Source: Dehalococcoidia bacterium (GTDB lineage Bacteria > Chloroflexota > Dehalococcoidia > UBA2247 > RBG-13-53-26). From it: a stretch of 38,045 nt of DNA. This document shows positions 28,742-38,045 of the stretch, piece after piece. Position numbers and translations under genes: made by a program. Under the pieces are notes generated by a model. It made no database searches. It saw only the letters and a program-made list of their open reading frames with translations, and had not been told where the DNA came from. Each line of letters opens with the position of its first letter. Positions within the stretch are counted from its first letter, which is position 1. The stretch is from contig JAFGCL010000077.1 of NCBI GenBank assembly GCA_016932645.1, forward strand, positions 1-38,045, read 5' to 3'.

Positions 28742-29262
28742 TTCGTCTGGGCGATGAACTTGCGCCACTCCACATGGGCGCGAAGGTAGTGGTAGGGGAC
28801 GGAGAAGGAGGCTGGTGGTGGAGGTATGGGTTGCCTCAGTAGTCTCATCCCGGCTTCTGCCGGTGTATGACCAGCCTTCCTCAGGTTACAGGCGAAGCAG
28901 CAGCCGACGACGTTGTCCCATTCGTGACTGCCCCCCCGGCTCTTTGGAATGATGTGGTCCAAAGTGATGTCCTTGGTTTCGCGTCCACAGTACTGACACG
29001 TGTACTTGTCGCGGTTGAACACCTCGAAGCGGGTGAGACGCTTCTGGAGGCGGGGGCGCTTGACGAACTTGGTGAGGCGAACGACTGACGGGATGGGGAC
29101 GGAGGTGGTTATGGCATGGAGTTCGCCTCGGCCATTCTCGATTACCTCTGCCTTACCATCAATGACCAGTATCACGGCTCTCCTGACCCGGCAGATGTTC
29201 AGCGGTTCGAAATTCTGGTTCAAGACCAGCACTGGGACATTGGTAAGATCCACTGATGCCAT
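28738..29262 (-). CDS. HNH endonuclease (McrA-like, zinc-binding)
   Basis: PVLVLNQNFEPL, PSVVRL, RDKYTCQYCG, TLDHIIPKSRGG..EWDNVVGCCFACN.RK; ATG 29262 with AAGGA upstream. Confidence 0.9.
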   Translation of the reverse strand: MASVDLTNVPVLVLNQNFEPLNICRVRRAVILVIDGKAEVIENGRGELHAITTSVPIPSVVRLTKFVKRPRLQKRLTRFEVFNRDKYTCQYCGRETKDITLDHIIPKSRGGSHEWDNVVGCCFACNLRKAGHTPAEAGMRLLRQPIPPPPASFSVPYHYLRAHVEWRKFIAQTN

Positions 29263-29352
29263 TTCCTTGTGCTGTTGTTCCGTCTGGCGCGAGGCGTCCT
29301 TGCGAGCGAACCGTGCCTCGGGTCGCTGACGGATGTCTCCCAAGATTGAGTC

Positions 29353-29381
29353 ATTTTACCGAATGGCATTTCTCAATGCAA
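29353..29381 (-). promoter_or_regulatory. Promoter for the HNH gene
   Basis: Minus strand TTGCAT, 17 nt, TAAAAT. Confidence 0.55.
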
Positions 29382-29400
29382 ACTGGGGCCGTAAGGGACG

Positions 29401-29429
29401 TTGCCCTCTACAGGCAAATCAGGTAATAT
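29401..29429 (+). promoter_or_regulatory. Promoter for the decarboxylase subunit genes
   Basis: TTGCCC, 17 nt, TAATAT; palindrome TTGCC-N7-GGCAA overlaps the -35. Confidence 0.45.
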
Positions 29430-29620
29430 CTAAACTCAATATGGCAATTCGCCGACGGGGCATGCTCTCGGTTTTTCTCTCCCCCTTTCCTCAACCTGCG
29501 CAAGGTGTCGCGTATTCTGTGGGCGGCGCGTGCGGCACTGGGAAACAGCCGGTGAGGGGACTGATGACTGGAGAACCCACTGGGGAGACACCGGCAGGGC
29601 TGGGGCGACGGAAGTAAGAC

Positions 29621-29992
29621 ATGAGCGAAGATCTGGCAGAAGCGGCACTACTGATCTTGATGGGAATGGCGGTGGTCTTTTGCGCGCTGGTCATCCTGAT
29701 GTCAGCTATCATGATCATCAATAGAATGACGCCGGACAGGGGCAAGAAAGCAGAAGGGCCGGTGTTGCTTGAAGCTACTGAATCCGAGGACTCCGATAGA
29801 GGGAGGATCGCCGCTCTGGCTGTGGCTGTGGCCAAGGCCATGGAAAGAGAGCAGGAGGTCACCCCGGAACAAGGGATGGTGAGTGCGGTTGGGTGGGCAG
29901 GTGAGCCCAGCCGCTGGGTGGTGTCGGGCCGGGAGCAGGCGATGCGTTCAAGGGGAAAGGCAGGACGGCAATGGGGAAGACGTTCAGACTGA
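29621..29992 (+). CDS. OadG/MmdD-family membrane anchor subunit of a Na+-translocating decarboxylase
   Basis: GMAVVFCAL..L TM helix, IAALAVAVA, SRW..SGR tail; adjacent to biotin carrier and beta subunit genes. Confidence 0.8.
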   Translation: MSEDLAEAALLILMGMAVVFCALVILMSAIMIINRMTPDRGKKAEGPVLLEATESEDSDRGRIAALAVAVAKAMEREQEVTPEQGMVSAVGWAGEPSRWVVSGREQAMRSRGKAGRQWGRRSD

Positions 29993-30432
29993 CCGTCAAC
30001 GACAAGACCTATGAAGTAGAAATAGGGGACCTCAGCCAGTCCACCATCGAGGTCACTGTTGATGGCGAGATGTTCAGTGTCAGGCTGGAAAGGGATGCGC
30101 AGGAAATGGGTCGGGGGCCAATTCCCGTGTTGTCCCCTGCCTCCAGTCCTGTGGCCCCTCCACCACTGGCTGCTCCTGTACCTAGGGCGAAGGCGCCGTC
30201 GGCGCTGCCGGCCACTGACGGCAAGACCCTTGCTGCTCCCATGCCGGGTGTGGTCCTGGCGGTGAGGGTGAAGGCTGGAGACAAGGTGAAGCGCGGCCAG
30301 GAAGTGTGCCTGCTGGAGTCCATGAAGATGGAGTTGAACATACTAGCCGCCGCCGACGGTGTGGTGAAGAAGGTGTTTGTGTCTCAGGGGCAGAACGTAG
30401 CTCATGGGACCGTTCTGGTAGAGTTCGAATAG
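29971..30432 (+). CDS. Biotin carboxyl carrier subunit (MmdC/GcdC-like)
   Basis: TVNDKTYEVEI, Pro/Ala linker, APMPGVV, LESMKME biotinylation motif. Confidence 0.9.
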   Translation: MGKTFRLTVNDKTYEVEIGDLSQSTIEVTVDGEMFSVRLERDAQEMGRGPIPVLSPASSPVAPPPLAAPVPRAKAPSALPATDGKTLAAPMPGVVLAVRVKAGDKVKRGQEVCLLESMKMELNILAAADGVVKKVFVSQGQNVAHGTVLVEFE

Positions 30433-30453
30433 AGATCGAGGCAGCAACTCGTC

Positions 30454-31614
30454 ATGGAATGGGATAGTCTGAAGAACCTCTTCGAAGGATTCACGGGAGA
30501 AGGTGGACTAGTCGAAGAACCCGAAATCTTGGCCATGATGGCCATCGGCTGCGTCCTCCTCTATCTGGGCATAGCCAGGAAGTTCGAGCCGCTGCTCCTG
30601 GTGGGGATCGGTTTCGGTGTTCTGGTGGCCAACCTGCCACTGCAGGAGATAGTCAGCTCCGGTGAAGGCGATGAGGCCACCGGCGTCTTGTACTATTTCA
30701 GAACATACCTCATAGATACGGAGATCATTCCCCTCTTGATCTTTCTTGGCCTGGGCGCCATGACCGATTTCGAGCCCCTGCTGAACTACCCCTACACAAT
30801 CCTCTTGGGCGCTGCCGCCCAGGTCGGCGTTTTCATAGCCTTGATGGGGGCTGTGGCTGTGGGGTTCGATCTGACCGAGGCGGCGTCGATTGGCATAGTG
30901 GGTGGTGCTGATGGTCCAACCACCATCTACCTGGCCACCAAGCTGAGTCCCGGAATACTGGGGGCGGTGGCCGTGGCCGCGTATTCATACATGGCCCTGG
31001 TGCCGGTCATCCAGCCACCCATAATCAGGCTGCTCACGACCAGGGAACAGAGGCGTATCAGGATGCCCTATGCACCGCGCCGCGCTTCCAGACCAGCCAA
31101 GATACTTTTCCCAGTCATCGTGGCGATTGTGGTGGGAATACTGGTCCCCAAGGCAGCCCCGTTGATCGGCATGTTCGCCTTCGGCAACCTCATGCGCGAG
31201 TGCCTGGTAGTGGAGAGGCTGTCGGCCACGGCGCAGAACGCCTTGATGAACAGCGTGGTCATCATACTCGGGATCACCGTGGGGTCCACCATGACGGCGG
31301 AGGTCTTCCTGCAGTGGGGCACGCTGAAGATATTCGCGCTGGGGTGTGTTGCTTTCATGGCAGCTACAGCCGGTGGACTTATCCTGGGGCAGGTAATGTA
31401 CTTCGTTTCCCGGAAGAAGGTAAACCCGGTCATTGGTGCGGCCGGTGTCTCGGCGGTGCCTATGTCCGCCAGGGTGGTTCAGAGGGAAGTGCAGAGGGAG
31501 GACCCCGATAACTTCATATTGATGCACGCCATGGGCCCCAATGTAGCCGGAGTTATCGGGACGGCTGTAGCGGCTGGCGTGCTCTTAGCCCTCGTGCCGG
31601 GAATGATGGACTAG
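30454..31614 (+). CDS. oadB: Sodium ion-translocating decarboxylase beta subunit
   Basis: EPLLL, GAMTDF, GAAAQ, IGIVGGADGPTTIY, AAYSYMALVPVIQPP, GVSAVPMSARV, HAMGPNVAGVIG. Confidence 0.95.
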   Translation: MEWDSLKNLFEGFTGEGGLVEEPEILAMMAIGCVLLYLGIARKFEPLLLVGIGFGVLVANLPLQEIVSSGEGDEATGVLYYFRTYLIDTEIIPLLIFLGLGAMTDFEPLLNYPYTILLGAAAQVGVFIALMGAVAVGFDLTEAASIGIVGGADGPTTIYLATKLSPGILGAVAVAAYSYMALVPVIQPPIIRLLTTREQRRIRMPYAPRRASRPAKILFPVIVAIVVGILVPKAAPLIGMFAFGNLMRECLVVERLSATAQNALMNSVVIILGITVGSTMTAEVFLQWGTLKIFALGCVAFMAATAGGLILGQVMYFVSRKKVNPVIGAAGVSAVPMSARVVQREVQREDPDNFILMHAMGPNVAGVIGTAVAAGVLLALVPGMMD

Positions 31615-31955
31615 ACCATCATCGGTGGTATGCGCTGCGCAATAATGCAGCCATCGACATGTAACCGGTTGAGAGGATTCTTGCCTCACTGAGTTCGCTG
31701 CGTCCGGGAAGCGCCCCATCGCCAATTGCGGTAGAATTGTCTCGAATGGCGAGTTCTCGAAGTGGCCTCGTTTCTCTAGGCGGCTGCACCTCCATCAGGT
31801 TTTGGTTCCTGTATCGGCTTAGTTCAGCTTGTGGCGGACCCGCCTTGGGGATAAACCCTGAAGTACTACCTTCTCCTGCTGACATTTGGTGTGGTTTAGA
31901 GGCATCATTCACGGTGTCCGATGAGCAGTGAGTGGTTGTGACTGTCTAGTGTCTG

Positions 31956-34676
31956 ATGGATATGGAAGAGCGTATCTGGCATAGTCTCAGCGTTGAGGAA
32001 GCACTCGCGGCGCTGAGTTCGACGAAGGACGGCTTGAGCGCTGAAGAGGTGCGGAAGAGGCTGGCGCAGTTCGGGCCCAACGAACTGCGAAAAGAGAAGA
32101 CCGTCACCTGGTGGCTGATGCTGCTCGGGCAGTTCAAGAATGTGCTCATCATCATCCTGCTGGCCGCGGCCGCGATCTCTCTGGTCATCAATGTGGTTGA
32201 CGAGGAGGGGAGTATCTGGGACCCCATCATCATCGTCGTTGTGGTCATGATCTCCGTCCTCCTGGGTTTCATTCAGCAGTACCGGGCTGAACGGGCCATG
32301 CAGGCCTTGAGGCAGATGATTGCACCCACATCAGCCGTCATTCGGGAGGGCGAGGAGTCGATGCAGCCATCGCGGGACTTGGTGCCGGGGGACGTGATTA
32401 CGCTGCGGGCGGGGGACAGACTGGCTGCGGATGCCAGGCTCACAGAAGCGGCCAGTCTGAAGATAGATGAGGCAGCGCTCACCGGTGAATCGGTGGCCGA
32501 GTTGAAGAACGTGGATAGAGTCCCGGTGAACACGCCTATGGCTGACCGTGTGAACATGGTCTTCGCCGGAACCACGGTGGCCTACGGCAAAGGAAAAGCG
32601 GTTGTGACGGCAACGGCGATGTCCACGGAGTTCGGCAAGATTGCCGGAATGCTTCAGGATGTGGAAGAGCCCAAGACGCCCCTTCAAGAACGGCTCGACC
32701 GGTTTGGCAAGATGATGGCCGTGGCCCTGCTGGCGGTCACTGCTATGGTGGCAATCCTGATTCTGGTCCGCACCGACAAGGGCCTAATGGAGATCTTCAT
32801 GTGGGGGCTCAGCCTGGCCATAGTGGTGGTTCCCGAGTCTCTGCCCGCGATAGTGACGGTGACCCTGGCCTTTGGGGTGTACCGGATGGCCAAGAAGCAC
32901 GCTCTGATCCGCAAGCTGCACGCCGTGGAGACTCTGGGCTCGACTACCTTTATCTGCTCTGACAAGACCGGCACTCTTACGCAGAACCAGATGACGGTCA
33001 GGAAGCTGTATGTTGATGGATCGTTTGTGGAGGTGAGCGGATCGGGCTACGAACCGAAGGGCGAATTCCACCGCAACGGTGGTACTGTCATACCGGAGAA
33101 GCACTCCTCTCTGCTGAGGCTTCTGCAGATCGGCACTCTGTGCAATGACGCCAGCCTGGAGTCCCAAAAAGGCGTTTGGATCATAAGGGGCGATCCGACG
33201 GAAGGGGCGCTGGTGAGCGCCGGCGCCAAGGCGGGACTGGATGCCAGGTCTCTGGCAACCTCTTGGCCACGGGTGGGAGAGATGCCTTTCTCTTCGGAGA
33301 GGATGCGGATGACCACCATACATGAAACGCCGGATGGTCCAATGGCGCTTAGTAAGGGCGCTGTAGAGGTTGTACTCGGTTCCTGCAATCGCGTCTTCTC
33401 CGATGGGCTGGAGAGAGACATGACACCAGACGACAGGAACCAGGTGGCGGAGGCGAACGCGCAAATGGGGGAGGTGGGCCTGCGCGTCTTGGCGGCCGCC
33501 TACAAGACACTTCCCGCAGTGACCGAAGCCCAGGAAGAGGTGGAGCGGGACATGGTTTTCGTGGGGCTGGTAGGCATGATCGATCCGCCGCGAGAGGAGG
33601 TCAAGGAAGCTATAGGGCAGTGCCAGAAAGCCGGCATGAAGGCGGTCATGATCACGGGTGACCACAAGGCCACTGCCGCGGCCATAGCCAGGGAACTGGG
33701 CCTGCTCAAGGACGGCCTGGCTTTGAGCGGAGACGAGCTGCAGCAGGTGGACGACGCGGAGCTGGAGAAGATAGTCGAGAAGATCGAGGTCTATGCCCGG
33801 GTGTCGCCGGCTCATAAGCTGCGTGTGGTGGAGGCCTTGCAGAAGAGAGGGCACGTGGTGTCTATGACCGGAGACGGAGTCAACGATGCTCCGGCCCTGA
33901 AGAGAGCCGACATCGGCGTTGCCATGGGGATAACAGGGACGGATGTGTCGAAGGAAGCGTCTCACATGGTGCTCACCGATGACAACTTCGCCTCGATCGT
34001 GGCGGCAGTGAAAGAGGGCCGGCACATCTTCGGCAACATCAAGAAGTGCCTCATGTACCTGCTCTCGGCTCACATCGGGGAGTTGGTTCTGATGATAGTG
34101 GCGGTGCTGGTTGACCCGCGCTACTTGCCATTGGTGGCAGTTCAGCTTCTGTGGCTGAACATAGCCGTTGACGGGCCCACGGCGCTGGCGCTGGCTTTCG
34201 ACCCACCGGATCCAGACCTGATGGACCAGCCGCCGCGGAGCCGGCGGACGAGCATCTTCACTCCGAGGGTATTGGGGTTCATCGCGCTGGCCGCGATCTG
34301 GTCTGGCCTGACCACGTTTGGTGTATTCAAGTGGGCGCTCAGTTCCGGCAGGGAACCCCAGGAAGCGCAGGCTCTCTGCTTCATTACGCTGATGGTGATC
34401 GGCGAGTTCACGGCGCTGGTTTCCCGGTCTGAGAAGGACTCACTTCTGAAGATGGGCCTGCTTAAGAACAAGTGGCTCATTCTGGCTATGGTGGGCACTA
34501 TCGCTGCCACTATGCCGATAATCTACATTCCAGCCCTGCAGCAGTACTTCCACACGTATAGCCTGCGCTGGACCGACTGGGGAATCGCCGTACTGGCGAG
34601 CGCGACGCTGTTAGTGGCAATTGATGTGTTCAAGGGCGTCTGGTCTTGGGCCCAGGTGAGGAAGAAGACAGTCTAG
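31956..34676 (+). CDS. Cation-transporting P-type ATPase (P2A-like)
   Basis: LTGES, PESL, CSDKTGTLT, KGA, DPPR, MITGD, TGDGVNDAPALK, about 10 TM segments. Confidence 0.93.
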   Translation: MDMEERIWHSLSVEEALAALSSTKDGLSAEEVRKRLAQFGPNELRKEKTVTWWLMLLGQFKNVLIIILLAAAAISLVINVVDEEGSIWDPIIIVVVVMISVLLGFIQQYRAERAMQALRQMIAPTSAVIREGEESMQPSRDLVPGDVITLRAGDRLAADARLTEAASLKIDEAALTGESVAELKNVDRVPVNTPMADRVNMVFAGTTVAYGKGKAVVTATAMSTEFGKIAGMLQDVEEPKTPLQERLDRFGKMMAVALLAVTAMVAILILVRTDKGLMEIFMWGLSLAIVVVPESLPAIVTVTLAFGVYRMAKKHALIRKLHAVETLGSTTFICSDKTGTLTQNQMTVRKLYVDGSFVEVSGSGYEPKGEFHRNGGTVIPEKHSSLLRLLQIGTLCNDASLESQKGVWIIRGDPTEGALVSAGAKAGLDARSLATSWPRVGEMPFSSERMRMTTIHETPDGPMALSKGAVEVVLGSCNRVFSDGLERDMTPDDRNQVAEANAQMGEVGLRVLAAAYKTLPAVTEAQEEVERDMVFVGLVGMIDPPREEVKEAIGQCQKAGMKAVMITGDHKATAAAIARELGLLKDGLALSGDELQQVDDAELEKIVEKIEVYARVSPAHKLRVVEALQKRGHVVSMTGDGVNDAPALKRADIGVAMGITGTDVSKEASHMVLTDDNFASIVAAVKEGRHIFGNIKKCLMYLLSAHIGELVLMIVAVLVDPRYLPLVAVQLLWLNIAVDGPTALALAFDPPDPDLMDQPPRSRRTSIFTPRVLGFIALAAIWSGLTTFGVFKWALSSGREPQEAQALCFITLMVIGEFTALVSRSEKDSLLKMGLLKNKWLILAMVGTIAATMPIIYIPALQQYFHTYSLRWTDWGIAVLASATLLVAIDVFKGVWSWAQVRKKTV

Positions 34677-35351
34677 ATGATCAGTGTCAGTAACCTCACG
34701 AAGGTGTACAAGCTCGGGAGCGTCGAGGTCAGAGCCTTGGTGGACTTGTCTCTGGCTCTTGAGGCTGGAGGGGTGACCTGCGTCATGGGCAAGAGCGGCT
34801 CAGGAAAGTCGACTCTCCTGAGGCAACTGGGACTCATCGACCGTCCTACGTCGGGGCAAATCTTCTTTGATGGCGAGGATGTGACCAGGCTCTCCGATGG
34901 TGCGAGGGCTAGAATGAGGCTGACCTACCTGGGCTACATCTTCCAGGAGTTTGCGCTCCTGGGTGAACTGACAGCGCACGAGAACGTCTATCTGCCGGGT
35001 ATGATGCTGGGTGGAAAGACTCATGACCATAGGAAGAGGGCTGTGGAATTGCTGGCGATGGTGGGACTGGGGGAGCGGATACATCACAAGCCGAAGGAAC
35101 TATCTGGAGGTGAGCAACAGAGGGTAGCCATAGCTAGAGCCCTCATCAACAACCCGCGTGTTCTGTTTGCTGACGAGCCGTGCGCCAACCTGGACACTAT
35201 TTCTTCTGAGGTGGTGATGCAGACGCTGTTGAAGCTCAACAAGGAACTCGGCATCACCATCGTTTTTGTATCCCACGACCCCGACGACAAGAAGTACGCT
35301 GGAAGGCTCATCTATCTCAAAGACGGGAAACAGGTAGAGGAGTATCTCTAG
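34677..35351 (+). CDS. ABC transporter ATP-binding protein (LolD/MacB-like)
   Basis: GKSGSGKST, GYIFQ, LSGGEQQRVAIARAL, DEPCANLD, SHD. Confidence 0.93.
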   Translation: MISVSNLTKVYKLGSVEVRALVDLSLALEAGGVTCVMGKSGSGKSTLLRQLGLIDRPTSGQIFFDGEDVTRLSDGARARMRLTYLGYIFQEFALLGELTAHENVYLPGMMLGGKTHDHRKRAVELLAMVGLGERIHHKPKELSGGEQQRVAIARALINNPRVLFADEPCANLDTISSEVVMQTLLKLNKELGITIVFVSHDPDDKKYAGRLIYLKDGKQVEEYL

Positions 35352-35366
35352 GTTGCTGAAGATACA

Positions 35367-36578
35367 ATGAACTCGTTGAAAGTAGCGGCCTTTCTGGCCT
35401 TCAAGTCCTTAACAAGAGGCGACTGGCGGGTCCTCTTGCTGACTATCTCCATGCTGATCCTGGTCTATCTGAACCTGGTGTTCACGCCGGCGCTCTTGGC
35501 GGGCGCAGTGCAGAATATTAATAACAAGACCAGAACCACGATGTCGGCCGACCTGCTCTTCCAGGCGACCGGCGAAAGCCCGGTGCTCTTCCAGGCTCAG
35601 GAGCTGGTGGATGCCATCGAGAATGTGGATGGCGTGGCTGCAGTCTGTGCCAGGAACAACCTGGGAGCGGAGATCCACTACGAGAGCGAAACCTTTGCGA
35701 CAGGGGTCTATGCCATCGACCCGGAGAAGGATGACCAGGTCTTCCAGATTCACGAGGCTGTTATCGAAGGCGAGCCACTGGAGCCTGGAGACGTTGGACA
35801 GATACTCTTGGGGGCTCAGGTGGCTGGTGCTGAACGGGAAGACCTGGAGTTGTATGCCAGCTCTCTGAAGACGGTCCATGCCGGGAGCACGGTAGTCATT
35901 GACTACGTCAATGGGGTGGAGAGGGAGTACACGGTGAAGGGCATATTCTTCACCGAGTTCGTCCAGAGTGACATCAGGGCCTACATAACCGAGGACGATT
36001 TGCACACCATGGTTCCTCCTCAGTTGCATGACACGGCGACCAGCATCTACGTGAAACTGGAAAAGGGCGTTGATCGATCTCAAGTGGTGAATGAGGTGCT
36101 GGCCATGAGAAGCGGGCTGAAGTATCAGACATGGGAGGATGCGCTGGGAGTCCTGAAGAGCATGACCAAGAGCTTTGACCAGATCATCGTGATTCTACGC
36201 GTCACTGCCCTGATCGTCGCCGCCATAACCATCTTCATTGTTACCTATGTTGACCTGGTCAACAAGCGGCGGCAAATCGGCATTGAGCGCGCCATCGGCA
36301 TAACCTCGTCCTCAATCGTAGCGTCGTACATCCTCCGTGCCATCATATATGCCGCGTTTGGCATCTTGGCGGCGGCCCTCATCTTCCGCTACATAGTGGT
36401 GCCTATTGAAGCGCAACATCCGTTCCATTTCCCCTTCGGGGACGTCATGCTTGCCGTTGACGTGCCGGAACTGGTATCCTCGGCGTTCATTCTGTGCGGG
36501 GTCGCCATAGCGTCCGCCTTCGTCCCGGCCTATCAGACCATCCGGACGAAGATAATCGACGCCATCTGGTCGAGCTAG
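35367..36578 (+). CDS. FtsX/MacB/LolE-like ABC permease
   Basis: One N-terminal TM, a large extracytoplasmic domain, three C-terminal TMs, KRRQIGIERAIG, FVPAY...IIDAI. Confidence 0.88.
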   Translation: MNSLKVAAFLAFKSLTRGDWRVLLLTISMLILVYLNLVFTPALLAGAVQNINNKTRTTMSADLLFQATGESPVLFQAQELVDAIENVDGVAAVCARNNLGAEIHYESETFATGVYAIDPEKDDQVFQIHEAVIEGEPLEPGDVGQILLGAQVAGAEREDLELYASSLKTVHAGSTVVIDYVNGVEREYTVKGIFFTEFVQSDIRAYITEDDLHTMVPPQLHDTATSIYVKLEKGVDRSQVVNEVLAMRSGLKYQTWEDALGVLKSMTKSFDQIIVILRVTALIVAAITIFIVTYVDLVNKRRQIGIERAIGITSSSIVASYILRAIIYAAFGILAAALIFRYIVVPIEAQHPFHFPFGDVMLAVDVPELVSSAFILCGVAIASAFVPAYQTIRTKIIDAIWSS

Positions 36579-36648
36579 ACGGCGGGGTGGCATGGGCGAA
36601 GCGGAGCTTGCCCGTGAGTCCAAGTTCCTGATCCCATCCATGAAATGG

Positions 36649-36670
36649 CATGAGACCGACTTGTCTCATG
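36649..36670. terminator. Hairpin between convergent genes, possible bidirectional terminator
   Basis: CATGAGAC-CGACTT-GTCTCATG; no clear U-tract. Confidence 0.3.
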
Positions 36671-36713
36671 GTGTTGGCACATCCTCGGAACAGAGAGAGG
36701 CCAAGGTGGTTCT

Positions 36714-37970
36714 CTACCCCCCTCTGCGGTAGAAACCCCGGACCGGTCGTCGCGCAGGCGCGAAATGACGCACGTGAGGCTTCGCCGGCCGCGCAGCCGG
36801 GCCGCCCACAGTCTGCGCTGTTGCCGAGGCATAGATGGGTGAGCCCGATGTGCCGTAGTTGAAGCCGTCCAGCGTCTGCTGCGATAGCGCCCGTCCCATG
36901 ATCTTCTGCAGTGCCCCCACCATCTCCCAGTCCTTTGGAGTAGCGAGGGTGAAGGCGTCGCCGGTGCGTTCGGCCCGTCCGGTGCGTCCAATACGGTGAA
37001 GGTAGGCGTCGGCGGTGTCGGGCATGTCGTAGTTGATGACGTGCGAGATGCCCTCCACATCCAGTCCGCGGGCGGCAATGTCGGTGGCCACCATGACCTG
37101 GTATTTGCCGCACTTGAACCCGTCCAAGGCTTCGTCCCGCTGGTTCTGCGAGCGGTTGCCGTGAAGGCTGGTGACCTTGTATCCGGCACGTCTAATCTGT
37201 TGCGTCAGGCGCTCCGCCCGGTGCTTGGTGCGGGCGAAGACGAGCACCGACCTGGTGTCAACGGACTTCAGCAGCGCCAGGAGCAGGGGCATCTTGTAGG
37301 TTTCATCGACCGGGTATAGGGCATGGGAGACCGTATCGACGGGGCGCATGAGCCCGACGGCGACGCGTTTCGGATGAGTCAGTATCTGGCTGGCCAGTTG
37401 CTCGATCTCGCGCGGGAACGTGGCGGAGAACAACATAGTTTGCCGCTTTGCCGGGATCTGCTTCAGTATCTGTCGCACGGAGGGCAGGAAGCCCATGTCA
37501 AACATGCGGTCGGCCTCGTCGATCACCAGGACTTCCAGTTTGTCGAACCGGCCGTAGCCCTGTCCGATGAGATCCAGCAGCCGCCCCGGACAGGCCACGA
37601 TGATGTCCGTTCCATCCTTGAGGGCCTTGACCTGTGACGGGTAGCGGACGCCTCCGTAGATGCTGGCGCTGCGAATGTTGGTCCCGGCCCCGAGGGCGCG
37701 GATGGTCTCGTGGGTCTGCTCCGCCAGCTCCCGGGTGGGCGATAGGATGAGCGCGCGCGTACGGCCGCGCGGGCCGCCAATCAGCTTGTGCAAGATGGGC
37801 AGCACGAAGGCCGCCGTCTTGCCGGTGCCGGTCTGCGCCGTGCCGATCAGGTCTTGCCCGTCAAGGGCTGGGGGAATGGCCGCCTCTTGAATTGCAGTTG
37901 GTGCGGTGTAGCCGGCGCGGGCGACCGCCGCCAGCAGGCGTGGGTCCAGTTGGAACTCTTTGAAGGTCAC
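36714..37970 (-). CDS. rhlE: DEAD-box RNA helicase (RhlE-like)
   Basis: AQTGTGKT, PTRELA, DEADRM, FSAT, ARGLD, HRIGRTGR; GTG start with AAGGAG. Confidence 0.92.
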   Translation of the reverse strand: MTFKEFQLDPRLLAAVARAGYTAPTAIQEAAIPPALDGQDLIGTAQTGTGKTAAFVLPILHKLIGGPRGRTRALILSPTRELAEQTHETIRALGAGTNIRSASIYGGVRYPSQVKALKDGTDIIVACPGRLLDLIGQGYGRFDKLEVLVIDEADRMFDMGFLPSVRQILKQIPAKRQTMLFSATFPREIEQLASQILTHPKRVAVGLMRPVDTVSHALYPVDETYKMPLLLALLKSVDTRSVLVFARTKHRAERLTQQIRRAGYKVTSLHGNRSQNQRDEALDGFKCGKYQVMVATDIAARGLDVEGISHVINYDMPDTADAYLHRIGRTGRAERTGDAFTLATPKDWEMVGALQKIMGRALSQQTLDGFNYGTSGSPIYASATAQTVGGPAARPAKPHVRHFAPARRPVRGFYRRGG

Positions 37971-38045
37971 GAATCTCCTTTTTTGTATTCAGAAGTCCGG
38001 CGGATGTCAAGGAGATCGTGCCAGGATCAGACGGTGACAGAGGCA

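Noticed and set aside
31615-31955. Possible yybP-ykoY or fluoride riboswitch upstream of the P-type ATPase
   Set aside because: Only fragments (CCTTGGGGA; minus-strand GGCGATGG) resemble the consensus and the other conserved elements are missing; an Rfam scan would settle it
32784-34073. 429-aa minus-strand ORF, and similar long antisense ORFs at 13122-14225 and 26323-27210
   Set aside because: They lie opposite well-supported genes, as expected from GC-rich codon bias, and show no motifs

Overview
A GC-rich (roughly 60% by eye) bacterial chromosomal segment. Gene content, intergenic palindromes and strong TAG stop-codon preference suggest an anaerobic Chloroflexota/Dehalococcoidia-like organism; this is inference and was not searched. 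The first 4.75 kb hold a giant minus-strand ORF missing from the ORF track because it runs off the left edge: more than 1580 aa, 12 tandem PAS domains, then the start of a GAF-like domain. About 30 mostly plus-strand genes follow: double zf-TFIIB/lemA/htpX, a transglutaminase-like gene, rarA, a TIGR01777-type epimerase, an alpha/beta hydrolase, an OYE/FadH-like flavoenzyme, gyrB, larE-larB-larC plus a DUF362/ferredoxin gene, degV-padR-HAAS membrane protein-divergent plsY, a P-loop kinase, pepA, an MBL-fold hydrolase, hisD, ricT, an HNH gene, a Na+-decarboxylase OadG/biotin-carrier/beta module, a P2-type ATPase, a MacB/LolDE-like ABC pair and a DEAD-box helicase. Two candidate systems stand out. 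(1) Nickel-pincer cofactor biosynthesis genes with no larA sit next to a DUF362 protein whose H-x9-K-x15-H spacing matches the LarA cofactor-binding residues and which carries an inserted 2x[4Fe-4S] ferredoxin, making it a candidate redox-coupled nickel-pincer enzyme. (2) A PadR/HAAS membrane-sensor pair lies between degV and a motif-altered plsY, with an operator-like palindrome at the promoter. No rRNA, tRNA, CRISPR array or transposase was found.
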